64,000 nt of DNA, taken from assembly GCA_963676835.2 (NCBI GenBank), contig CAXXFF010000001.1, positions 96,001-160,000 on the forward strand, written 5' to 3'. The notes under the pieces are model-generated. The model was given only the letters and a program-made list of their open reading frames with translations. It was not told the DNA's origin and did not search any database. The stretch is from Marispirochaeta sp. GTDB taxonomy: Bacteria; Spirochaetota; Spirochaetia; JC444; Marispirochaetaceae. Position numbers and translations under genes: made by a program. Below are positions 49,337-58,642 of the stretch, piece by piece; the stretch's first letter is position 1; every line of letters starts with the position of its first letter.

Positions 49337-49430
49337 CCCTCCCTTGACGGTCCCGGAAGAGAAACAACCAGGGCAGGCGGCCGGGAAAGCCGCTTTTCCT
49401 CCCGTCGGAGTAGCCCTGGCCATTATAGCA
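49337..49430 (-). ncRNA. Structured cis-regulatory or antisense leader RNA with extended -10 promoter
   Basis: TGC-TATAAT (49422-49430); outer stem CCAGGGC/GCCCTGG enclosing two hairpins whose loops are complementary to CCGGGA-CCGTC next to the RBS. Confidence 0.65.
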
Positions 49431-49433
49431 TTA

Positions 49434-49715
49434 TTAAACTGCAACAGCCGCTGCGGGTTCGGTCAAGAGGCCATTTGCCCTGGCTATATTGCGGCATTCC
49501 TGAAATATTTTCTCAGCTTCATCAAGATCAAAAATAATCGATGAGTCCTCAAAGACATCCTCAAAAGTTACCGTAAATTCCCCATCCATAAGGAAACCGT
49601 CAAGCTCAATCACACCGCTGTCGCTCTTCACTTCGCGAACAATGCCTACCACACCAATTTCCAGAACAACCACTCTTCCAATCAAACTTCCAGCATACCT
49701 TTTGCTTACGATCAT
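49434..49715 (-). CDS. Hypothetical protein
   Basis: 93 aa, RBS GAGGAG. Confidence 0.6.
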   Translation of the reverse strand: MIVSKRYAGSLIGRVVVLEIGVVGIVREVKSDSGVIELDGFLMDGEFTVTFEDVFEDSSIIFDLDEAEKIFQECRNIARANGLLTEPAAAVAV

Positions 49716-49773
49716 CTTTTTTCTCCTCGCCTCTCGGCTTCTTTTATTTTTTCCGCGCCCATACGGGATACGG

Positions 49774-50172
49774 TTATTCTTGAATTAAATCTAACCAATA
49801 CGCGGCTTTTTTCTTTGCATGGAATTTCTTAAAACTAAACCACCCATAACACTGCTCTTCTGTTATCTCCTTTAAAGTTTTTCCTATACTGCTTCTGTAA
49901 TCTGAAAGACGGTCAATTTTTGATAGGTACTTTAAAAATACGTCATGCCATTCGCTATGGGGGGTCCCTGGAACCTCGATCCAATCTTGATGTTCAATGA
50001 AATAATCCTCATCAACGCCTATATTAGATCCGGCCCATTCTGTCTCCATGGTTTTTATATTCAAGAAACATCTATCATCCATAGTGAACGGATCATCTCT
50101 TTCAAACGCCATAACAATAGAATCGTTATCATCAAGTAGGCCGGCTTTTTCTTCAATGTCAAAATAATTCAT
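49774..50172 (-). CDS. UPF0158-like protein
   Basis: FLNIKTME...WIEVP...WFSFK...AAYWL pattern; ATG 50172 after GAGG. Confidence 0.5.
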   Translation of the reverse strand: MNYFDIEEKAGLLDDNDSIVMAFERDDPFTMDDRCFLNIKTMETEWAGSNIGVDEDYFIEHQDWIEVPGTPHSEWHDVFLKYLSKIDRLSDYRSSIGKTLKEITEEQCYGWFSFKKFHAKKKAAYWLDLIQE

Positions 50173-50185
50173 TAAATTCACCTCA

Positions 50186-50377
50186 TTAACTACTTTTCCG
50201 CGTCTCACAGACACGGTTTTCTCGCCTATATTGTCGGTCGATTTTCCCATCCAAATAGCCACTACTCCAAGACAACCCATCAACCCCTTTTGGTGGTGGA
50301 TATGGCCGGCGCTCAAATCCTGCAGCATACCCCTTCTTCCAATCCTCAAGGTCAAGTTCGATTCTGAACTCACTCAT
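50186..50377 (-). CDS. Small RMF/CrpP-like protein
   Basis: WKKGYAAG...PYP...WSSGYLDG; ATGA overlap with the integrase stop. Confidence 0.5.
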   Translation of the reverse strand: MSEFRIELDLEDWKKGYAAGFERRPYPPPKGVDGLSWSSGYLDGKIDRQYRRENRVCETRKSS

Positions 50378-51576
50378 GAAACTGCCTCTTTAATTTGCCA
50401 GAATTCATCTATCGCCGGCTTTGAAGGCAGAGCCTTTTTTATTGCCCGTTCAAGCTGGAATGGATCATAAATATCTGTAACTGCTGAATTTTTATGACCT
50501 AACAGGCCCTGAAGTATCGAATCTGGAACATCAGCGGAAATCATCAGTTCGCGCATTTTGCTTGTATAAGTGTATCGAAGTGAATGAACATCGATTTCAC
50601 GTTTTATGGTCTTTGCTGCAGCCCGCTTCAGTCTTTTTAAAATGTAAGTTTGGTCGAATGGCTCACCATCCCACATAAAAAGGGGCGTATCATCGTAAGG
50701 AGGGTGACCGATAAGTTCTTGAATATCATGCAGGGTTCTTTCGGGTAAAAGCGCAATCCGGCGTGGGTCTTTGTCCGGGTTCCGCTGCCGTCCCGGTAGA
50801 CCATATTCGCCGGACCGGTACATCTGCCGGAAAATCTTGATTGCCCCGGCCTCCGGCATTACATCAGACTTCCACCACCCCCGAGCCTCACCGCTGCGGG
50901 CTCCGGTACTCATGATGGTTTCCATTAGCACGCCAACATGGAAATCGTCCCACACCTGAATAAATGCATTCCGTTCTTCAGGAAACAATAGCACTATTTC
51001 CGAATCCGTAAGCGGTTGCCGGTGTTTCACTCGCTTATTACCATAAGGCTCTATCTGGGGAACAGACCGGATAATATTCTCCCGCCTAGCTTCCCGGAGT
51101 ATGATATTCAATGTATAGATAATCTGGTTTTTTGTACTGTTGGCCAGATTGTGCCCGCTGCCGTCTTCAGTCTTGAGCTTGTATGATTTCAACCGCAAGA
51201 GCCATTTCTCAACAGCTGGGGCAGTTATTTCATTAAGCTTGCATCCTCCCCACTTCGGAAGAATGTAATAATCAAGGTGCCCTCTTCTATCTTTTGCAGT
51301 ATCCTCACAGACAGACCGGTCTTTTGCATTCTGGCGGGCGACATAATCACACTTGCCCCAGACAAAAAAATCCTTTGTGTATTCTGCAAGTGTGGGGTTT
51401 TTGACTGAGGGGTCATATTCATGTAAATGTTCTTTTGCCCAGGCATGGGCGCGATATTGGTTAGTTTCACCTGTCGAGAGAGTTTTAATAACTTTCCCGG
51501 AATTATCTAAAATTCGGACATAGTAGACTTTTTTCTTTCCAGATGTACGCTTAAAAACACGAAAACCGACAGCCAT
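50374..51576 (-). CDS. Tyrosine integrase of the satellite
   Basis: TGARSGE, HSLRYT, LLGH...IYD; ATG 51576 after GGAGG; adjacent to tRNA-Val. Confidence 0.95.
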   Translation of the reverse strand: MAVGFRVFKRTSGKKKVYYVRILDNSGKVIKTLSTGETNQYRAHAWAKEHLHEYDPSVKNPTLAEYTKDFFVWGKCDYVARQNAKDRSVCEDTAKDRRGHLDYYILPKWGGCKLNEITAPAVEKWLLRLKSYKLKTEDGSGHNLANSTKNQIIYTLNIILREARRENIIRSVPQIEPYGNKRVKHRQPLTDSEIVLLFPEERNAFIQVWDDFHVGVLMETIMSTGARSGEARGWWKSDVMPEAGAIKIFRQMYRSGEYGLPGRQRNPDKDPRRIALLPERTLHDIQELIGHPPYDDTPLFMWDGEPFDQTYILKRLKRAAAKTIKREIDVHSLRYTYTSKMRELMISADVPDSILQGLLGHKNSAVTDIYDPFQLERAIKKALPSKPAIDEFWQIKEAVS

Positions 51577-51593
51577 AACGCCTCCATTCCAGC

Positions 51594-51629
51594 TTGGTAA
51601 CAAGCATGGTAACAGTAAGGGTTAAAACC
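51594..51629. repeat. Integrase arm-type site pair (right end) and 17-bp subterminal inverted repeat
   Basis: TTGGTAACAA/ATGGTAACAG; CAGTAAGGGTTAAAACC (51613-51629) matches the reverse complement of 40442-40458 at 15/17. Confidence 0.7.
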
Positions 51630-51683
51630 ATCGGTTTTCCGGTAGGTCTAACGCTAAGTCCTTAATAAATAAAGACTTATTTA

Positions 51684-51756
<73 letters not shown>

Positions 51757-51903
51757 TCTCAATCGTAGGAGGAACTTATCATATGCAGGATAAAAGTGTC
51801 AATAAGGTTTTGCCCCTTTTCTGAGCTAAAGTTTATATGGTATTATCCGCCTAACGTACTACGCGCCTGTAGATACAATCTGGAGAACTAACAAGAGAAA
51901 ATT

Positions 51904-53937
51904 ATGCACAAAATGCGCAACATAGGAATAATCGCACATATAGACGCAGGTAAAACAACAACCACCGAACGTATCCTTTTCTATACGGGAAAGAGCCATC
52001 GTATCGGTGAGGTTCATGATGGAGAAGCCACCATGGACTGGATGACCCAGGAGCAGGACAGAGGAATTACAATTACTTCCGCTGCCACAACATGCTTCTG
52101 GAAGGATCACCAGATTAACATAATCGATACTCCCGGCCATGTTGACTTTACCGCCGAAGTTGAGCGCTCATTACGGGTTCTTGACGGCGCTGTCGGTATT
52201 TTCTGTGCAGTCGGCGGCGTTGAACCCCAGTCTGAAACAGTCTGGCATCAGGCTGACCATTATCATGTACCCCGCCTCGCCTACATAAACAAGATGGACC
52301 GGATCGGTGCCGACTTCTTTTCTGTTATAGAAGAGATGAAGAAAAAGCTGGGTGCAAATCCTGTACCTCTGCAGTTTCCCATTGGTGCTGAATCCGAGTT
52401 TGAAGGCGTAGTTGACCTTATATCCATGCAGGAAATCCACTGGGATCAGGAAACTTCGGGCCACGAGTTTTCCTATGCCCCTATTCGGGAAGCCCTCGCA
52501 GATAAAGCGGAAGAGCTTAAGGAGTCTCTGGTTGACACCTGCTCCGCCTTCAGTGATGAGATAACAGAACTATACCTTGAAGGACAGGAGATCCCCCGGG
52601 ATCTGCTGATTTCGGTACTCAGAAAAGCCACCATGGAAAGGGAGATTGTCCCGGTTCTCTGTGGAGCTTCCTTTAAGAACATTGGAGTACAGCCTGTTCT
52701 TGATGCAGTCCTTGAGCTCCTCCCTGCCCCGGATGAGGTACCGCCTACCCACGGCATGATTGTCAAGAATGAAGAAGAAACCACCGTTCCCTGTGACCCC
52801 GACGGCCCTCCCCTTGCCCTGGCTTTTAAAATTCAGACAGACAGAGAGGCCGGAGCATATACCTTTATCCGGGTTTATTCGGGAAGCATAAAAAAAGGTG
52901 CGGCGGTTTATAACATAAACAAGAAAAAGAAGGAACGGATAAACCGGCTCCTGCGGATGCACGCCAACAGATCCGAAGCGGTAGATTCCGTTTCCGCAGG
53001 TGATATTGCGGTTATAATCGGCTGCAAGTTTACCCAGACCGGAGACACACTGGGGTCAGAGGGGCATCAGGTACTTCTTGAGCAGATGCATTTCCCCATG
53101 CCGGTAATTGATGTTGCCATCGAACCGAAGAGCATTTCGGAAGCAAAAAAGTTACGGGATATTCTCGATCTGCTCCAGAAAGAGGATCCCACCTTTATGG
53201 TCAAGGAAGATGCGGAAACGGGACAGCTGATTATTTCCGGCATGGGAGAGCTTCACCTGGACGTACTGGTAACCAGAATAACCCAGGATTTCAACGTCGA
53301 TGCCCGTATAGGTAATCCTCAGGTCACCTATCGTGAATCCATTACAGTTAAACATTCTCACACAGAGGTGTACGAAAAAGTTCTTGGCGGCAAAGAAAAC
53401 TTTGCGTCTGTTACCCTACGGGTAGAGCCGCTGGAAAGAGGTTCGGGGAACCAGTTTAAATCTGATCTGAAAAAATCCGACCTGCCTCTGGAACTGGTGG
53501 AAGCCGTTGAAAGAGGGGTCACCAATGCCTTCTCTTCGGGGATCATGTTCGGCTATCAGTGCTATGATGTGGGCGTAACCCTTGAAGCTGCCAAATACGA
53601 TGAACTGAAGGCCACTCCCCTGGCCTTCGAGGCTGCAGCAGCCATGGGCTTCGACAACGCCTGCAGAGAGGCATCGCCGGTACTGCTTGAGCCGGTAATG
53701 ACCGTGGATGTTATGTGTCCCAAGGATTTTGTCGGTGAAGTTATTAACCACCTTACAACCCGAAACGGTATTATAAACAGCCTTGAATCCCGTACCACGA
53801 TAGAACATGTTCGCGCCCAGGTACCACTGGCAAATATGTTCGGCTACTCCACCGCCCTGCGGAGCATTACCCAGGGACGTGGAACCTTTGCCATGGAATT
53901 CAGCCATTTTCAGGAAAAACCCGGCGGTCTCGGTTAA
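51904..53937 (+). CDS. fusA: Elongation factor G paralog (spirochaete EF-G2-like, recycling type)
   Basis: [29 protein letters not shown]; divergent domain IV loops. Confidence 0.93.
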   Translation: MHKMRNIGIIAHIDAGKTTTTERILFYTGKSHRIGEVHDGEATMDWMTQEQDRGITITSAATTCFWKDHQINIIDTPGHVDFTAEVERSLRVLDGAVGIFCAVGGVEPQSETVWHQADHYHVPRLAYINKMDRIGADFFSVIEEMKKKLGANPVPLQFPIGAESEFEGVVDLISMQEIHWDQETSGHEFSYAPIREALADKAEELKESLVDTCSAFSDEITELYLEGQEIPRDLLISVLRKATMEREIVPVLCGASFKNIGVQPVLDAVLELLPAPDEVPPTHGMIVKNEEETTVPCDPDGPPLALAFKIQTDREAGAYTFIRVYSGSIKKGAAVYNINKKKKERINRLLRMHANRSEAVDSVSAGDIAVIIGCKFTQTGDTLGSEGHQVLLEQMHFPMPVIDVAIEPKSISEAKKLRDILDLLQKEDPTFMVKEDAETGQLIISGMGELHLDVLVTRITQDFNVDARIGNPQVTYRESITVKHSHTEVYEKVLGGKENFASVTLRVEPLERGSGNQFKSDLKKSDLPLELVEAVERGVTNAFSSGIMFGYQCYDVGVTLEAAKYDELKATPLAFEAAAAMGFDNACREASPVLLEPVMTVDVMCPKDFVGEVINHLTTRNGIINSLESRTTIEHVRAQVPLANMFGYSTALRSITQGRGTFAMEFSHFQEKPGGLG

Positions 53938-53968
53938 ATCAAAGCCTTTTCTTCTCTTTTCGACTGTT

Positions 53969-53999
53969 AGACCCGGCCCTTTTGGGGGCCGGGTTTTTT
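53969..53999 (+). terminator. Intrinsic terminator
   Basis: ACCCGGCCC...GGGCCGGGT plus T-run. Confidence 0.85.
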
Positions 54000-54068
54000 G
54001 TTGACATCTCACAGGGGTGGGTCTATCCTGAATTTGCAAACAAATTCTTAACAGAAAGAGGAGCACAC

Positions 54069-56150
54069 ATGAGTTTTTCCACTGCTGATATCCGCAACAT
54101 TGCACTTGTTGGTCATGGAAGCACTGGTAAAACCACCTTGTTAGAACAGCTGCTGTTCAACTCGGGGGTTATTGACCGGGCCGAATCCGTTGAATCAGGA
54201 AAAACAGTAAGCGATTTTACTGAAGAGGAAATCGCCAGGGGGATTTCGATTCATACAACCCTGTCCAGCTGTACCTGGAACGAACACCAGGTAAACTTAC
54301 TGGATACCCCGGGCTCCGGAGATTTTGTGGGTGAAGTTGTTGCTTCCTTCCGCTGTGCGGAAAGCGCCTTAATGGTTGTGGACGGAAGAGACGGTGTACA
54401 GATTGAAACAATCAAGCTGTGGCGCCGCCTTGATCACCGGAACAAACCGCGTTTTGTGTTCATCAACCGAATGGATAGAGAACGGGCGGATTTTGATAAA
54501 ACATTTGCAGATTTAAAAGAAAAATTTTCCAAGACATTTGTGCCGGTTACCATCCCCATGATGAAAGACGGGGAGTATCTGGGCATAATCAATTTAATTG
54601 AAAATAAAGCATACATGGTTCATGACGGGGCGGAAAAAGACGTTCCTGTTGATATTCCAGCCGATTTTGCTTCCCAGGTGGAAGAATATCGGTTGACCCT
54701 TATCGAAAGCGCCGCAGAAGGTGAAGACTCTCTTATGGAGAAATACTTCGAAGAGGGAACATTGAGCCCTGATGAAATCCGCAAAGGTCTCATTGAAGGT
54801 CTCAAGCACAACAAAATTGTGCCTACCCTCTGCGGAAGTGCGGTAAACAATAACGGCGTTGTCTCCCTGCTCAACTTTATCAGTAATATTACCCCTTCAC
54901 CGGCGGGTATTCCGGAACTTGCCAAAGACCGTGAAGGTAAAGAAGAGCACCTGGATATCCACGCCGAAGGCCCTCTAAAATGTATGGTGTTCAAAACTTC
55001 CATCGATCAGTTCTCCGGAAAACTCTCCTATATCAAAATTATAGGCGGAGTTCTCAATGCAGATTCAGAAGTGCTGAACTGTACCAACGATAAAAAAGAA
55101 CGTATCGGAAAGCTGTACAAGTCTCTGGGGAAAAAGCTGATCGAAGTAAAGGACCTCACCGCAGGCGATCTGGGAATTGTAACCAAGGTGGACTCCTTCG
55201 AAACCAATACAACCTTCTCTTCTCCGGACACCTTCCTGATTATAGATGCTCTGCATCTTCCACAGCCGGTATTCTCCCTTGCCATCAGTGCCAACAGCAA
55301 AAAAGATGAAGATAAGCTGCATGCATCCCTGCATAAAGCTGCCGAAGAGGATCTTACCTTTCAGCTGACCTATAACAATGAGACCCATGAAAATGTGATC
55401 TCCGGTATGGGCGAACTGCAGATTAATATGGTTCTGGACAAGATCAAGGAAAAGCAGAAAATCGAGGTTGAAACCAAGGTGCCCATGGTTGCCTACCGGG
55501 AAACCATAACCAAAAAGGCCGGAGCCGAGTACACCCATAAAAAGCAGTCCGGCGGACACGGACAGTACGGCCGGGTTGTTATGGATATAGGACCCATTGA
55601 ACGGGGAAAATACCTTGAATTTTACAATGATATTAAAGGCGGTTCCATCTCAAAAGGATACATGCCCGGTATCGAAAAAGGTATTACCGAAGCCATGGAA
55701 GAGGGTTTTCTGGCGGGCTATCCAATTGTGGATATCGAAACCCATATAATCGACGGAAAGGAGCATCCCGTAGACTCTTCCGAAATGGCCTTCAAACTGG
55801 CCGCAAAAGGTGCACTCAAGGCTTCTTTAGAAAAAGCAGGAGTAGTTCTTCTTGAGCCGGTCATGAAACTCAGGGTGTTTGTAGATGAACAGTATCTGGG
55901 AGACATTCTTTCTGACCTTTCTTCCCGCCGTGGACGGGTTCTGGGGCAGGAAGCCCTTGGGGGAGGCATCAATGAAGTTGATGCGGAAGTTCCCCAGGCA
56001 GAACTTTTGCGTTACGCCATTGATCTTAAATCAATGACCTCCGGCACAGGTTCATTTGAGCTGGAATTTGACCACTATAATCCCATTTCCGGTAAAGTTG
56101 CCGAATCTGTTATTGCTGAAGCCAAGCAGCGAAAGGGAACGGAAGAATAA
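54069..56150 (+). CDS. Elongation factor G-like protein (EF-G II type)
   Basis: GHGSTGKTT, RGISI, DTPGSGDF, HKKQSGGHGQYG, HPVDSSEMAF. Confidence 0.92.
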   Translation: MSFSTADIRNIALVGHGSTGKTTLLEQLLFNSGVIDRAESVESGKTVSDFTEEEIARGISIHTTLSSCTWNEHQVNLLDTPGSGDFVGEVVASFRCAESALMVVDGRDGVQIETIKLWRRLDHRNKPRFVFINRMDRERADFDKTFADLKEKFSKTFVPVTIPMMKDGEYLGIINLIENKAYMVHDGAEKDVPVDIPADFASQVEEYRLTLIESAAEGEDSLMEKYFEEGTLSPDEIRKGLIEGLKHNKIVPTLCGSAVNNNGVVSLLNFISNITPSPAGIPELAKDREGKEEHLDIHAEGPLKCMVFKTSIDQFSGKLSYIKIIGGVLNADSEVLNCTNDKKERIGKLYKSLGKKLIEVKDLTAGDLGIVTKVDSFETNTTFSSPDTFLIIDALHLPQPVFSLAISANSKKDEDKLHASLHKAAEEDLTFQLTYNNETHENVISGMGELQINMVLDKIKEKQKIEVETKVPMVAYRETITKKAGAEYTHKKQSGGHGQYGRVVMDIGPIERGKYLEFYNDIKGGSISKGYMPGIEKGITEAMEEGFLAGYPIVDIETHIIDGKEHPVDSSEMAFKLAAKGALKASLEKAGVVLLEPVMKLRVFVDEQYLGDILSDLSSRRGRVLGQEALGGGINEVDAEVPQAELLRYAIDLKSMTSGTGSFELEFDHYNPISGKVAESVIAEAKQRKGTEE

Positions 56151-56183
56151 CTGCCTTGCCTGAACCTGATTGAGGACAAACAC

Positions 56184-56214
56184 AAAAGGCGCCCGATTAC
56201 GTGGGCGCCTTTTT
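56184..56214. terminator. Bidirectional intrinsic terminator
   Basis: AAAAGGCGCCC...GGGCGCCTTTT between convergent genes. Confidence 0.85.
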
Positions 56215-56276
56215 ATAATCTTCTTATAATCTGTTATTAAACTTGTATTATCACTTTGCTGATTCCCTGGAATTAG

Positions 56277-58451
56277 TTATTCCGCAAAATCATCGGGAGC
56301 ATCAAGTTCAAGATATGGCGCTTTATCATCTCGAATATGGAAGAACTTCATAAGCTCAGTTATATCAGAAGCAGCCTTGGCCATTTCATCTGCGGCTGCA
56401 GAGGTTTCTTCCGCTGAAGCTGCGTTTGTCTGGGAAATATCGTCTATCTGGCCCATTGCAGTAGTAATTTCCCGAATAGACAGAGCCTGCCGCGTGCTTG
56501 AATCACTGATATCATTAAGATGCTCCAGAATATTCTTGATTTCCCCCTGAATGGAAGTCAAATAGCCGCTGGTCTCCTCCAGCGCACTGTTTCCTGTCTG
56601 CACGTTGCGCATGGAATTCTCAACCATTCCCTGGGTCTGCTTAACGGCTTCTGCACTTCTATTGGCCAGATTTCTTACCTCTTCTGCCACTACAGCAAAT
56701 CCCCTCCCGTATTTACCCGCTCTGGCAGCCTCCACATTGGCATTGAGGGCAAGGAGATTTATCTGAAATGCTATGTCATCTATCAGCTTAACCACACCGG
56801 TAATTTCATTACTTGAGACAGTAATCTGCTGCATTGCATCTGTAAGATTACCCATGGCCGAATTGGCCTTATCCGCCCTTTCAGTGGCATTACCGGCAAT
56901 TCCCGAAGCCTCTTTGGAACGTACCGCATTCTGATTTGCCTCGCTGTCTATCTGCTGCAGAGAGGATGACATCTCCTCAAGGCTGGCAGCCTGGGTCATT
57001 ATGGTTTCACTGAGTTGATTATTAGCCTGACGAACTTGTGTACTTTGCATTGAGGTTACATTAATGCTCGCTTTAATAGAACTAATAATCTCGGTCAGCG
57101 ATTTCTCCATGGCAAGCATACTCATTCCAAGCTGATCTTTATCGCTGTTAAGGCTGATTTCTCTGGTAAGGTCGCCGCCGGCAATGGTTTCCAGATCATC
57201 ACTTTTTATACGAAGAGAACGTACCATTCGGTAGAATGAGTTATTGAGTTTTGCAATTTCATCCTTCCCGGTACTTTCTGATACATCTACATCCAGGCGG
57301 CCGGTGGAAACATCAACTGCAGTATCGGTAATACGGCGTATATTTTTTACCAGACTGTTAACCATAAGGCTTACCAGGATTATCACTGAAAGCAGCGCCA
57401 GCCCTACACCAGCTCCCAGGTATACCTCAAGTTGTCTGCTGCTTTTTCGATTTTGTTCTTCTATTAATGCAAACTCGGCATTTTCGGCTGAGATATCATT
57501 TATTAACATAACAACACCAGCAGCTTCTCCGGAAAAATCGTACAGGGGAGCACTGGCAAAGATATAATCACCTTTTTCCATAATTACCTGCCCCTTTCTT
57601 CCTTGTATCAGCAGTTCAAGGTCCAGGTTATCCATTATCTTCTGCTGATCTGTTGCTACGGTTAGAACAAATTCATCACCTGCCACAGGATATTTTTCCG
57701 GGTCATTAAGACTGGTTGCCACCTGTAAAAGATCTTTGTTCATAAAAGAAGCAATTTCAGTATCATCTGAAATATCCACGATATTAAACAGCGGGGTAAA
57801 ATCATAATACATTTCTACAGAACCCATATACTTGGGGCCGTCCATTACAGGGGTAATACCCCGGATAACAAAACCGCCACGGCCTGTTTCTATACCCTGG
57901 ACTGCGTTATGGGGAGAACGGCTCATCTGGTTCAGGGTCGATCTGAATCCTGAAAGATCATCACTTATATCAACTTTTTTGCCGTCCACAGTGGTTTGAA
58001 AGTTTTCACGCCAGGTACGCATGAGGCTGCGAACGGAAGAGAGATGATAATGAACCCTGAAATTGGCCGCAGGATTGGATTCTCGAAAACTGTACCAGAT
58101 GGGATAGGTAAAATCCCTGAGCATTTCCCTTGCCCGCTGACTTTGCGGACTTTCCGGATCATTAATATCACCAGTATGAGCAACCCTGTAGGCTTCGATT
58201 ACCTTTTCGTGGGCATTAAACATTGTTGAATACTCAAGGGCCTGCTGAGATATAGAATCGATGGTGTTATATATAAGGTCTATGTTGGACTGAATAGACG
58301 ATTCAACGGAGCTGGTAAACTGAGCGCGGCTTAATTCCATCTGGTTTTGGCTGATCCTTACCAGCTGAAGTGATATAATAAAATATAGTAAAGCTCCTAT
58401 AGTTCCTATGGAAATTATTATCGGGATAAGCATTTTTCCACGGATATTCAT
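56277..58451 (-). CDS. Methyl-accepting chemotaxis protein
   Basis: Two TM helices, Cache-like sensor, HAMP, IAFQINLLALNANVEAARAG. Confidence 0.95.
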   Translation of the reverse strand: MNIRGKMLIPIIISIGTIGALLYFIISLQLVRISQNQMELSRAQFTSSVESSIQSNIDLIYNTIDSISQQALEYSTMFNAHEKVIEAYRVAHTGDINDPESPQSQRAREMLRDFTYPIWYSFRESNPAANFRVHYHLSSVRSLMRTWRENFQTTVDGKKVDISDDLSGFRSTLNQMSRSPHNAVQGIETGRGGFVIRGITPVMDGPKYMGSVEMYYDFTPLFNIVDISDDTEIASFMNKDLLQVATSLNDPEKYPVAGDEFVLTVATDQQKIMDNLDLELLIQGRKGQVIMEKGDYIFASAPLYDFSGEAAGVVMLINDISAENAEFALIEEQNRKSSRQLEVYLGAGVGLALLSVIILVSLMVNSLVKNIRRITDTAVDVSTGRLDVDVSESTGKDEIAKLNNSFYRMVRSLRIKSDDLETIAGGDLTREISLNSDKDQLGMSMLAMEKSLTEIISSIKASINVTSMQSTQVRQANNQLSETIMTQAASLEEMSSSLQQIDSEANQNAVRSKEASGIAGNATERADKANSAMGNLTDAMQQITVSSNEITGVVKLIDDIAFQINLLALNANVEAARAGKYGRGFAVVAEEVRNLANRSAEAVKQTQGMVENSMRNVQTGNSALEETSGYLTSIQGEIKNILEHLNDISDSSTRQALSIREITTAMGQIDDISQTNAASAEETSAAADEMAKAASDITELMKFFHIRDDKAPYLELDAPDDFAE

Positions 58452-58553
58452 AATTACTCCTTGATAGGTCACTTAACAAATGAGACTGAATCTCACATAG
58501 ATAAATTATTATGGATTAATTATGCCCTTGCCAGCCTTTACTATAAAATTAAG

Positions 58554-58587
58554 AAAAACCCCCGGAAAGATGTTAGTCTCCGGGGGT
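58554..58587 (-). terminator. Intrinsic terminator after citrate synthase
   Basis: ACCCCCGG...CCGGGGGT stem with a U-tract on the minus strand. Confidence 0.7.
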
Positions 58588-58642
58588 ATAAATGATTTAC
58601 AATGCTTTGTGCCTTTTGTCTGGCACCTCTATTACAGACTAC

